In this document: piece after piece, positions 1 through 8,108 of the stretch
How the letters are laid out: the number at the start of each line of letters is the position of its first letter
Position numbering within the stretch: the first letter of the stretch is position 1
DNA from: Thaumarchaeota archaeon casp-thauma3
Lineage (GTDB): Archaea; Thermoproteota; Nitrososphaeria; Nitrososphaerales; Nitrosopumilaceae
DNA: 32,000 nt
Assembly: GCA_001510275.1 (NCBI GenBank)
Contig: LFEY01000028.1
Span: 10,607 to 42,606 of the forward strand
Direction of reading: 5' to 3'
Notes under the pieces: generated by a model
Told to the model about the DNA's origin: nothing
Database searches by the model: none
What the model saw: only the letters and a program-made list of their open reading frames with translations
Translations under genes and position numbers: made by a program

Positions 1-612
1 TATCTGACAAGTAACATCAATTTTTTTCTTTGATTGCATTTTTGCAATTGTTTCTTTCATCTCATTTAACGGTCTTAGGTAAAAAATCACACCATCACCA
101 ATCTCCCATGCTAAATCAACCATCTTTTGATTAACAGCAGCTAAATAAATTGGAATTAATTCTCTTTTTGGTTTTATTAATAATGAAAAATTCTTTAAAT
201 CAAAAATTTTTCCCGTATAGTCAACTTGTTTTCCAGATAGCACTAATCTAATTATCTCAACATATTCTCTCATTCTTTGTACTGGTTTTTCAAATTTGTA
301 ACCATGAAAAGTTTCAACAATTGGTAAACTACTCGTTCCAAGACCTAGAACTAATCTTCCATCAGATAGGGTATCGATAGTAGCTGCCCCCATGGCAATT
401 GTAGAAGGGCTACGAGAATAGATATTGATAATTGATGAACCTATTTTCTGAGTTCTGGTCTTGTTAGAGACTGCACTTAGCATTGAGAAATTCTCCATGC
501 CCCATGTTTCAGGTATCCAGATTGTGTCTACACTAGTCTTAGATAGAACTTCTGTGCATTTTAGTACCTGATTTACAGAAAGTAGTGAGCCTAAACTGCA
601 TGCAATACGCAT
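1..612 (-). CDS. Luciferase-like (LLM-class, flavin/F420-dependent) oxidoreductase, N-terminal part only; the C-terminus lies beyond the window edge
   Basis: Not in the ORF track because it is truncated. Hand translation of the minus strand from ATG at 612-610 gives MRIACSLGSLLSVNQVLKCTEVLSKTSVDTIWIPETWGMENFSM... and stays open to position 1 (204 codons). The DTIWIPE-WG N-terminal pattern is typical of LLM/Mer-type TIM-barrel oxidoreductases. The family call is from memory, not a search. Confidence 0.6.
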   Translation of the reverse strand, partial: MRIACSLGSLLSVNQVLKCTEVLSKTSVDTIWIPETWGMENFSMLSAVSNKTRTQKIGSSIINIYSRSPSTIAMGAATIDTLSDGRLVLGLGTSSLPIVETFHGYKFEKPVQRMREYVEIIRLVLSGKQVDYTGKIFDLKNFSLLIKPKRELIPIYLAAVNQKMVDLAWEIGDGVIFYLRPLNEMKETIAKMQSKKKIDVTCQI

Positions 613-870
613 GAAAATTGTATGTACATTGGATATTTAGCGTATCTGTTTTAGCAATGGGTTAATTTTGATTGAGGTGGAGCATTATCAGATTAAATCA
701 TGATCACAAGTATTGAGTGAACAAACTTTCATAGAAAAATCATGCCAAAAAGCACCATTTTGGGAGAACGCTACAAAATACGCTCTAGTTAGCAGAGATG
801 AATCATTTGTTGAAGAAGTAGCATACATGATGGTTACATTGCACAGAACTGGTGCATAAAATTTTAAATT

Positions 871-1539
871 TTATTTTATTATTTTTTCAATTTCTAACGA
901 ACTGTCTTCAATATCTTTAAAAGAATCTATTGAATACCATTTTATTTTTTTAAATTTGATTGTATGGAGTTTACCTTTTTTTGCATAATCTGGAAAAAGT
1001 GTTTTTTCAATATCTCCTTTATTGGGTAGATCTTTTAGTATTTCTTTTTGGAGATAATAAATTCCAGCATTCATCCATAAATCTGAAACCTCTTTTTTCT
1101 CTTTGAATTGCAGTATTTGATCCCCCTTTGTTTCCAAAATTCCAAATTTAGTTCTCAATTCAATTGATGCTATAGAATTTGGTTTTTTAGCTAGTTTTCT
1201 TAAATCAATATTTGTAATTGTATCCCCATTAATTACAAAAAATGATTTTTCATTAATCATTTTTCCTGCTTTTTTTATTGCACCACCTGTACCTAATGGT
1301 GATTTTTCAATTGAAAATTTTATTTTAACACCCATATTTTTTATAGATAGATAATTTTCAATCATTTTTGTTTTATAACCAGTACAAATAATTACTTCAG
1401 TTATTCCATATTTTTTCAGATATTTTATTTGCCATTCAATAATTGGGATATTCTTAATAGATACAAGGGGTTTTGGAACATAGTCTGTAATAGGTCTTAA
1501 TCTTTTACCCCGTCCACCAGCTAAAATTATTGCTTTCAA
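871..1539 (-). CDS. Sugar-1-phosphate nucleotidyltransferase (NTP_transferase family)
   Basis: 222-aa track ORF. The N-terminus MKAIILAGGRGKRLRPITDYVPKPLV is the canonical GxGxRLxPxTxxxPKP signature of RmlA/ManC/GlmU-N type enzymes. Sugar specificity is not readable from the sequence. Confidence 0.85.
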   Translation of the reverse strand: MKAIILAGGRGKRLRPITDYVPKPLVSIKNIPIIEWQIKYLKKYGITEVIICTGYKTKMIENYLSIKNMGVKIKFSIEKSPLGTGGAIKKAGKMINEKSFFVINGDTITNIDLRKLAKKPNSIASIELRTKFGILETKGDQILQFKEKKEVSDLWMNAGIYYLQKEILKDLPNKGDIEKTLFPDYAKKGKLHTIKFKKIKWYSIDSFKDIEDSSLEIEKIIK

Positions 1540-1689
1540 CTATCAGAGTCTTATTTTTAGAGTATATGAAAATTTTCAATTGGGTTATTGCTATTTAACA
1601 AATATTTGAAAAACTAATCATTGTTTGTTTTGCTTTCTCTAATTCTGTAGATGCTTAAACCATTTTTGGGGTAAATTTTGGGCTCTCTT

Positions 1690-1818
1690 CTAATCTTTAT
1701 TCTCAGTCAAATAGTAATGTAATTCTGTATAACACTCAACACAATATTCTTCAAAATTAGTATGATCACAATCATAGACTTTGGTTACATCATTTTTACA
1801 TTTAGTACAAGTAGACAT
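1690..1818 (-). CDS. Small Cys-rich (zinc-ribbon-like) protein, 42 aa
   Basis: Below the track length cutoff. Hand translation from ATG (1818-1816) to TAG (1692-1690) gives MSTCTKCKNDVTKVYDCDHTNFEEYCVECYTELHYYLTENKD, with CxxC ... CxxC pairs. It starts 6 nt downstream of the stop of the co-oriented membrane protein gene (1825-2211). Confidence 0.4.
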   Translation of the reverse strand: MSTCTKCKNDVTKVYDCDHTNFEEYCVECYTELHYYLTENKD

Positions 1819-1824
1819 GTATTG

Positions 1825-2211
1825 TTACGTGATAAGAGATTTCTTTATCTTTATACCGCCCAATGCTGCAATGATTACACCTATTGCAATTAATCCTCCA
1901 CCTTCACCTGCCATCCTGGCTGAATTTTCAGATTCTCCTGCGCTAGCCATAGATATTGCACCACCCATCATGATCAACACACCAGTTACAATAAGCATAA
2001 TGCCTAATCCTTTGAAAGGGGGTTTTTTTGATATGAAAAATGCAATAAATGACAAAATTATTGGAGGCATTCCAAGTCCTACTCCACGTGTCATTGCATC
2101 TAGAGGTATGAACCCATCTCCTGCTCCTCCACCACCAACTATAACATCAGCACCATATATTATCAAAAGAATTATAGAAATTACAGATAATACATGTGGA
2201 ATAGATGCCAT
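1825..2211 (-). CDS. Gly-rich integral membrane protein (about 4 predicted TM helices), function unknown
   Basis: 128-aa ORF with an ATG start, alternating hydrophobic segments (VLSVISIILLIIYGA, MPPIILSFIAFFI, LGIMLIVTGVLIMMGG, LIAIGVIIAALGG) and A/T-ending codons like neighbouring genes. The overlapping plus-strand ORF (1781-2233) is Pro-rich, as expected for the mirror frame of a Gly-rich gene. Confidence 0.6.
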   Translation of the reverse strand: MASIPHVLSVISIILLIIYGADVIVGGGGAGDGFIPLDAMTRGVGLGMPPIILSFIAFFISKKPPFKGLGIMLIVTGVLIMMGGAISMASAGESENSARMAGEGGGLIAIGVIIAALGGIKIKKSLIT

Positions 2212-2277
2212 GTTTGAATTAGTTTTTAATTAATTAATAAACGTATTAGGAAGTCTAGAAGTTAAGATTTTGTTAGT

Positions 2278-3426
2278 TTAATGTAAAGGTTGAGTAACAA
2301 CCTTTTCTTTGAGTGGTTCAAGTTTCTTCATTAATTCTTCTATTGTTTCACCGTTTTCTGCAACCAAATTAAAATGCCCTAGTTTTCGTAATGGTTTTGA
2401 AATTTGTTTTCCATACATTTTCAAATATACATTTGGCTCTGAGAGAGTTAGGGGGATGTATTCTCCTTCAAATGATTTTGTTCCTAAAATATTGTACATT
2501 ATTGTAGGATGTAGTAGTTTTGTACTACCAAGATCAAGGCCCAAAATTGCTCTGAGATGTTGTTCAAACTGAGATGTTTCACTTGATTGTAATGTATGGT
2601 GACCAGAATTATGAACTCTAGGTGCAATTTCATTAATTATTATATTATTATCTTGTGTCACAAACATTTCTATCCCAAAAACACCTGCCCCTTTAAGAAC
2701 AGCCATTGTTTTTTCTGCAATTTGTTCAGCTTTTTTTGTAACTTGTTCTGTAACTCTGGCAGGAGCTATTGTCTCACGTAGAATGCTTTTCTCATGAATA
2801 TTTTCAACTAGAGGATATGTTTTGATTTGACCTTTAGTGTTTCTTGATGCAATAACTGATACTTCCATTTTGAACGGAACAAATTTTTCTAGTAATAGAT
2901 TTTGTTCTTTAAAATAATCAAATGCTATCTGAATTTCATCATCTGAGTTGATTTTGAAATTACCGCGACCATCATAAGCATCTCTTCTTGCTTTGAGTAA
3001 TACGGGGAATCCAAATTTTTTTATGCCTTCTTTGATATCTTCAATTTTTTCTATTTTGATAAATTCTGAAACTGGAATACCATTTTCTACTAAGAGTGAT
3101 TTTTGTAAAAATTTGTCTTGAATAATTTTCAGGGTTTCTGGAGATGGATTTATCTCTGCATTTTTTTCAACTGATTTTAAAACATCACTGTCTCCTGACT
3201 CAATCTCGTAGGTAATTATATCGGATTTATTAGCCAAATCCACAATTGCGTCTTTGTCTTTAAAATCTGCAAGAATTTGTTCAGCACCAACTTGTGCTGC
3301 AGGGCAGTTTTCAGTTGGATCTAACACTATTATTTTTGATATGTATTCGGGCATTTTCTTTGCAGCCTCTGTAATCATCATTCCAAGTTGACCCCCACCA
3401 ATAATTCCAAGAATTTTTGCCATCAT
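2278..3426 (-). CDS. purK: N5-carboxyaminoimidazole ribonucleotide synthase (ATP-grasp)
   Basis: 382 aa. The N-terminus ILGIIGGGQLGMM, ATP-grasp core and EIAPRVHNSGH motif are typical of PurK. It is divergently paired with purE. Confidence 0.9.
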   Translation of the reverse strand: MMAKILGIIGGGQLGMMITEAAKKMPEYISKIIVLDPTENCPAAQVGAEQILADFKDKDAIVDLANKSDIITYEIESGDSDVLKSVEKNAEINPSPETLKIIQDKFLQKSLLVENGIPVSEFIKIEKIEDIKEGIKKFGFPVLLKARRDAYDGRGNFKINSDDEIQIAFDYFKEQNLLLEKFVPFKMEVSVIASRNTKGQIKTYPLVENIHEKSILRETIAPARVTEQVTKKAEQIAEKTMAVLKGAGVFGIEMFVTQDNNIIINEIAPRVHNSGHHTLQSSETSQFEQHLRAILGLDLGSTKLLHPTIMYNILGTKSFEGEYIPLTLSEPNVYLKMYGKQISKPLRKLGHFNLVAENGETIEELMKKLEPLKEKVVTQPLH

Positions 3427-3528
3427 AACAACAATGTTTATGGACTAAAAATAGATAATGTTAATTTGAACAACTTTGTTTGATTTTTTCTAATAGTTAT
3501 AGATAATTACTCTCTAGTTTTTTCTAAT

Positions 3529-4107
3529 ATGATGACGTATTCAAAAAAACCCTTAGTTGGAATAATTATGGGCTCTAGTTCAGATAGTAAAATTATGCAT
3601 GCTGCAGCTGAAGTTTTAGATGAATACAAAATCAAACATGAAGATCAAATTGTTTCTGCACATCGAACTCCAGCTAGATTAGCAGAATACGCACAACATG
3701 CTGAAAAAATGGGATTTAAAGTAATCATAGCAGGAGCTGGTGGCGCAGCACATCTACCTGGCATGATTGCCGCACATACAATTATTCCAGTTATTGGAGT
3801 GCCAATACTAGTGTATAATGATAAACATCAAAAAAAAATAGATGCCGCGAAATTTTCTGCATTTAGAGGATTAGATTCATTATTATCAATTACAGAAATG
3901 CCAACAGGATCTCCAGTTGTGTCTGTTGGTGTTAATAAATCAGGGAATGCTGGAATTTATGCCATAAAAATTCTTGCAAATGAATTTTCAGATTTAAAAA
4001 AGAAATTAAAACAACACAAATCTGATCAACATGATTCTGTCATGAAAGAATCAAATCAATTAAAGAAAGAAGGTCTTTCAAAATTTACCAAAAAAAAATT
4101 CAAGTAA
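3529..4107 (+). CDS. purE: N5-carboxyaminoimidazole ribonucleotide mutase (class I PurE) with an internal insertion and a Lys-rich C-terminal extension
   Basis: 192 aa. It carries GIIMGSSSD, SAHRTP, AGGAAHLPGM and PVIGVP motifs. An adjacent purK implies class I. Confidence 0.9.
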   Translation: MMTYSKKPLVGIIMGSSSDSKIMHAAAEVLDEYKIKHEDQIVSAHRTPARLAEYAQHAEKMGFKVIIAGAGGAAHLPGMIAAHTIIPVIGVPILVYNDKHQKKIDAAKFSAFRGLDSLLSITEMPTGSPVVSVGVNKSGNAGIYAIKILANEFSDLKKKLKQHKSDQHDSVMKESNQLKKEGLSKFTKKKFK

Positions 4108-4108
4108 T

Positions 4109-5317
4109 CTAAGTTAGTAAAGTGAATTGAATATTTTTCTGTTTTAATGCTTCAATTAACATATCTGCTTGCTCTTTTCCCTGAGTTTCAAGACTCAAAG
4201 TTACTCCAGCTGAACCTGCATCAGTAGTAGAGCTTAGTCTGTCATGAACTACTTCCACAATGTTTGCATTTGCTAGAGTTATTTCATCCACAATTTCTTT
4301 GAGTGCTCCAGGTCTATCAGGCAGTAGTATTGATAGTTTTAGTAAACGACCCATTGCAGCAAGACCTTTGTCTACAATCTGACCTAAGAGATACATATCC
4401 ACATTTCCTCCTGCTAGAACCGCAACTACTTTCTTTCCAGGTGCGGGTTTCTTTGAAATTAAATATGCTAAACTTGCAGCACCTGCAGGTTCTACAACAA
4501 ACTTCATTCTCTCCATTAGCAGAAACATTGCTTTTATGATTTCTGTATCATCGACAAGAACAATCTCGTCTATTAATTCCTTAATTATATTAAAAGTAAG
4601 TTGTCCTGGAATTTTTACAGAAATACCATCTGCAATTGTTCGTGCACCACCACTGCTAACCAAAGAACCTTGTTTGAGTGATTCATACATTGATGGAAAT
4701 GATTTTGATTGGACACCAATAACTTTAATGTTGGGGTTTTTTTCTTTAATTGCAATTAAAGTTCCAGCAGCTAATCCACCTCCACCTATTGGAAGATAAA
4801 CCTCATCTACATCTGGCAAGTCTTCTAATATCTCTAGTCCTATAACTCCCTGAGCTGCTATAATTTGAGGGTCATCAAAAGCATGCACCATAGTAGCCCC
4901 TGTTTCTTTGGCAATTTCTTTGGCTTTAGCAGATGACTCGTCATAATTTACTCCTTCTAAGATAACATTAGCACCATACCCTCTAGTTGCAGCTACTTTA
5001 GCAGGAGATGCATTTTTTGGCATTACTATTGTACAAGGAATTTTTTCTAGTGATGATGCAAATGCCATACCTTGAGCATGATTACCTGCAGATGCTGCAA
5101 CTACACCATGTTTTTTTTCTTCATCAGATAATGATTTGATTTTGTAATAAGCTCCACGAATTTTAAATGAACCAGTTCTTTGTCGAAACTCCGCCTTTAG
5201 ATAAACTTCAGAGTCTGTAAGCTCACTAAATGTTGGTGAATGGATTAAAGGTGTCTTCTTTATCTCGTCTCCTCGCATTGAATTTGCTTTTAGGATTTCA
5301 TCGTATGAAGGGTTCAT
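4109..5317 (-). CDS. ilvA: Threonine ammonia-lyase (threonine dehydratase), PLP-dependent, with a C-terminal ACT-like regulatory domain
   Basis: 402 aa. It has the PLP-lysine motif GSFKIRGA, SAGNHAQG and the GGGGL loop. The roughly 80-aa C-terminus (LLKLSILLPDRPGALKEIVDEI...) looks like an ACT domain. Confidence 0.85.
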   Translation of the reverse strand: MNPSYDEILKANSMRGDEIKKTPLIHSPTFSELTDSEVYLKAEFRQRTGSFKIRGAYYKIKSLSDEEKKHGVVAASAGNHAQGMAFASSLEKIPCTIVMPKNASPAKVAATRGYGANVILEGVNYDESSAKAKEIAKETGATMVHAFDDPQIIAAQGVIGLEILEDLPDVDEVYLPIGGGGLAAGTLIAIKEKNPNIKVIGVQSKSFPSMYESLKQGSLVSSGGARTIADGISVKIPGQLTFNIIKELIDEIVLVDDTEIIKAMFLLMERMKFVVEPAGAASLAYLISKKPAPGKKVVAVLAGGNVDMYLLGQIVDKGLAAMGRLLKLSILLPDRPGALKEIVDEITLANANIVEVVHDRLSSTTDAGSAGVTLSLETQGKEQADMLIEALKQKNIQFTLLT

Positions 5318-5500
5318 TGAAATGTTGCTAGTAATGGGGCGTATTTGACTTCTTCTATACTAAAATTATATATCAATTCAATTTTTATGCGTAAATTTTC
5401 AGGAATGCCTAAATAGTTCAATAATGTCGTTCAAAATATATCAAGGGATCGGGACTCCCCTTTGAGAAAACTTCTCAATTCCTGATTCTTTGGTTTTAAA

Positions 5501-6352
5501 TTATAATTTAATAATTGTTTCAAGGTCATTTAATCGTTTTAAGATATTTTCTTGAACAGTCTCAGATATTTTTCTTGGATCAAACAACCCTTCTTTGTTT
5601 TTGTTTTTAATAAATTCTAAATCTACTGTACATAAACATCCTTCTTCACCAGAAACTAATCTAGTATCATCAATCAATATAGAGGTAGTTTGATAAGTTT
5701 CAATTAAAAGAGAATCGAGTTCATTAAACAACTTTATCTTTTTTTCAGATAGTTCTTGAAAATCTACTCCTGCATCTTTTTCAATTTCAGCATAAACTTT
5801 CTCTCGAAATTCATCATTCTCATAAAACACTTCAAATAATTTTTGATGATCAAAGTCTTTGTATCCCATTTCCTTTAATTTATTTAAAACAAATTGATCA
5901 CTATTATCAGAAATTTGTTGTTCAGTATTTTTTGTTAAATCAACAATCTCTGATAATTCTTTTTGGCAGTCAAGTACACGTTGATTTGGTTTATAATATA
6001 ACAACACATGAAATTGCAATGAGATATGTCCAGACATCAAATAATTTCCCTCCATTATCTCAAACTTTGTAAAAATCCTTCGGAGATCATCATTATTGGA
6101 AATTGACACATCTTGTAAAGACCAATCTTTTAGATTTCTATTAATTTTTTGAAAATAATCTGACACTTGTTTTGGATCAAATGTTTTCTGCTTTGTTACC
6201 GTAGAATTTCCAAGCATTACATCAACATCGATCATTTTTGTTAAATCAGTCATCTTTGAAAGAAATAGTTTTTGAATTTTATCGTTTTTTTGATTTAATT
6301 GTTGAATAAAATCATTGGAAGACCTTGTACCTAAGCGCACAAGAAATAGCAA
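5501..6352 (-). CDS. Hypothetical protein (283 aa from a TTG start; 250 aa if the first ATG at 6253 is used)
   Basis: Long ORF with genome-typical codon bias. It is hydrophilic and helical-looking with no TM segments and no motif I recognise. The track start is TTG (6352-6350), directly after an in-frame TAA. Confidence 0.6.
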   Translation of the reverse strand: MLFLVRLGTRSSNDFIQQLNQKNDKIQKLFLSKMTDLTKMIDVDVMLGNSTVTKQKTFDPKQVSDYFQKINRNLKDWSLQDVSISNNDDLRRIFTKFEIMEGNYLMSGHISLQFHVLLYYKPNQRVLDCQKELSEIVDLTKNTEQQISDNSDQFVLNKLKEMGYKDFDHQKLFEVFYENDEFREKVYAEIEKDAGVDFQELSEKKIKLFNELDSLLIETYQTTSILIDDTRLVSGEEGCLCTVDLEFIKNKNKEGLFDPRKISETVQENILKRLNDLETIIKL

Positions 6353-6411
6353 ATTATTGTTCTCCTTAAACCTTCATCAATATCTAAATAGAGAAAATTT
6401 TGATTCTAGGC

Positions 6412-6534
6412 ATGGTGAAATCAAAAATCACTTGTATCCACTGTAATGGGGAGATTACAGAGTATTATGATGAAAAGTACAAGGGAAAAAGAGGAAAATG
6501 TACTCTTTGTGGAGTTGATTTTCCCTTAGAATAA
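6412..6534 (+). CDS. Small zinc-ribbon protein, 40 aa
   Basis: Below the track cutoff. Translation from ATG 6412 to TAA 6532-6534 gives MVKSKITCIHCNGEITEYYDEKYKGKRGKCTLCGVDFPLE (CxxC-N19-CxxC). It ends 5-11 nt before the cyclase gene on the same strand. Confidence 0.45.
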   Translation: MVKSKITCIHCNGEITEYYDEKYKGKRGKCTLCGVDFPLE

Positions 6535-6539
6535 GGAGA

Positions 6540-7364
6540 TTGGAGATGGTTGAAAACAGAGATGAAAATAAAGTAAAAGAGGAATCTGAAACATCAAAGA
6601 AAACGCATGATATTGATATCAACATGAATGTTAATGGAAATGAAGAACAGGTTCAAGATTACGAGAATATGATTTTAGAAACTCAAAAACGAGTTTGGGG
6701 GGCTCTCAAAAAAGGCTATGAATATTCGGGAGTAGTTGATGAATCAGAGAAATTTCTGAGAAAAAATGTATTTTCAAAATTGGATATGGTAGTACTCTAT
6801 GTAGATTTAGTTGGGTCAACTACGATGACATTAGAAATGCCTTCAGAAAAAATAGCAATAATCATAAGTTCATTTTCACAAGAGATGGCTTCAGTAATTA
6901 GACAACATGGTGGATATGTGTTAAAATTTGTAGGAGATGCTGTAATCGGATTTTTTGTTTCAGAAGAAAATAGATTATCTGCAGCAGATAAAGCAGTAAA
7001 TTGTGCAAAATCAATGATTACAGTAATCCAAAAAGGAATTAATCCAATTCTTAATCAGTACGACTATCCAGATTTGATGGTAAAAGTTGGAGTTGATTTT
7101 GGACAAAACATAGTAGTTAGATATGGATCCGATGTGGAGCACTCTCATGTGGATTTAATGGGTCCTGCAATTAACATTGCTTCAAAAATTCAATTAATGG
7201 CAAAGCCTAATCAAATTTTGATTGGTAATGATGTATTTCAAAAACTACATGCAAATTTACAAAATGAGTTTACTCAAATCATTTGGAAGGATAGTGAATG
7301 GAAATATCGTTCTAGATTAACTGGAGAAATCTACAAAGTTTATGAACACAAAGTACAACTTTAG
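6540..7364 (+). CDS. Class III nucleotidyl (adenylate/guanylate) cyclase, stand-alone catalytic domain with an acidic N-terminal region
   Basis: 274 aa. The track start is TTG 6540, and ATG at 6546 is more likely. Cyclase-homology-domain motifs read by eye: VLYVDLVGST (metal Asp 1), GGYVLKFVGDAVIGFF (metal Asp 2), KVGVDFGQNIVVRYG, and DLMGPAINIASKIQ (Asn kept, canonical Arg is Lys). Confidence 0.8.
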   Translation: MEMVENRDENKVKEESETSKKTHDIDINMNVNGNEEQVQDYENMILETQKRVWGALKKGYEYSGVVDESEKFLRKNVFSKLDMVVLYVDLVGSTTMTLEMPSEKIAIIISSFSQEMASVIRQHGGYVLKFVGDAVIGFFVSEENRLSAADKAVNCAKSMITVIQKGINPILNQYDYPDLMVKVGVDFGQNIVVRYGSDVEHSHVDLMGPAINIASKIQLMAKPNQILIGNDVFQKLHANLQNEFTQIIWKDSEWKYRSRLTGEIYKVYEHKVQL

Positions 7365-7372
7365 TCAAATCA

Positions 7373-7519
7373 TTAAACCGTAAATCTTTCTGGGCATTCA
7401 ACATGCTCATAGTGGTGTTCAGTAAATTTTTCTTGAACAACATAAATTACAATCTTATGTAATTCTTTTTCATTGATGTCTTTTCTACATTTAAGACAGG
7501 TCTTTTTTCTTTCAGTCAT
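7373..7519 (-). CDS. Small Cys/His-containing protein, 48 aa (possible zinc-binding)
   Basis: Below the track cutoff. Translation from ATG (7519-7517) to TAA (7375-7373) gives MTERKKTCLKCRKDINEKELHKIVIYVVQEKFTEHHYEHVECPERFTV (CxxC plus HH..H.C). A TATA-like TTATAGTT lies about 24 nt upstream of the ATG on the coding strand. Confidence 0.35.
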   Translation of the reverse strand: MTERKKTCLKCRKDINEKELHKIVIYVVQEKFTEHHYEHVECPERFTV

Positions 7520-7527
7520 GTATATCT

Positions 7528-7578
7528 GCGATCCAAATTGAGAAACTATAAGGATCAGCGATCAACTCAAATTGAGTT
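7528..7578. promoter_or_regulatory. Repeated element GCGATC(+/-AACT)CAAATTGAG; the second copy forms the perfect palindrome AACTCAA-A-TTGAGTT
   Basis: Read directly: copy 1 is at 7528-7542, copy 2 at 7558-7576 and the palindrome at 7564-7578. It lies in the divergent spacer between the 48-aa ORF (7373-7519, minus) and the 130-aa ORF (7642, plus). Confidence 0.35.
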
Positions 7579-7641
7579 AAAACGACTGATGTATTTCTAA
7601 ACAGTATATCAAATGCCTAAAGCAAAGCAGAAATATGGTAA

Positions 7642-8034
7642 ATGTCGACCAATTTTGTGGATAATCAAGTAATAAAACACCTACAAGACCTCTATGGATT
7701 AAATCCTAACATTCCACATCGAGCATTTCAATTTCCTAGATTACCTCCAGGATTAACCCATCCAATGTTTAAAATTTATGAAAATCCGATGAAAGAACAG
7801 TTTTCACGAGAAGTTGCAACTATTAATCAAAAACTACAAGGATTTCAGCACATGTATCAGCAACACGTAGAGGGATTACTATCAATGAATTCTACAATTA
7901 TTCCACCTGGACATCCATTATTTAATAGACAGAATTCAGTAGAAACACTTCAAACTGAAAATGATAAACTGCTAAAAGAAAACTCCATGTTAAAGAAGAA
8001 ATTAGATAAAGAAACTTCTCCTAAACACAATTAG
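7642..8034 (+). CDS. Hypothetical protein with a C-terminal coiled-coil-like segment
   Basis: 130-aa ORF with an ATG start. The C-terminus ETLQTENDKLLKENSMLKKKLDKE is heptad-like. I recognise no family. Confidence 0.55.
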   Translation: MSTNFVDNQVIKHLQDLYGLNPNIPHRAFQFPRLPPGLTHPMFKIYENPMKEQFSREVATINQKLQGFQHMYQQHVEGLLSMNSTIIPPGHPLFNRQNSVETLQTENDKLLKENSMLKKKLDKETSPKHN

Positions 8035-8108
8035 AAATTATTTTTGCCTTTGATTCTAAATTTACAATTAGTAAAAATCCTTATTAATTTCTAAAATTAA
8101 TTTCAATA

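Noticed and set aside
713-859. 48-codon plus-strand ORF with a TTG start (SEQTFIEKSCQKAPFWENATKYALVSRDESFVEEVAYMMVTLHRTGA)
   Set aside because: It has no ATG start, no recognisable motif and no supporting paralog. It may be real but cannot be supported from the sequence alone.
1781-2233. 150-aa plus-strand ORF overlapping the membrane protein gene and the 42-aa Zn-ribbon ORF
   Set aside because: It has a TTG start, and its Pro-rich product (PPPSPA, PSPAPPPP) is what the mirror frame of a Gly-rich gene produces. The minus-strand ORF has an ATG start and a clean TM-helix pattern.
6540-7364. The cyclase as a Pycsar/CBASS-like antiviral signalling module
   Set aside because: No co-oriented effector gene (TIR, TM, cNMP-binding, nuclease or patatin) is adjacent. 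The neighbours are a divergent orphan and an opposite-strand mini-ORF. The purine-type specificity residues look adenylate-like rather than pyrimidine-cyclase-like. This cannot be excluded without searches.
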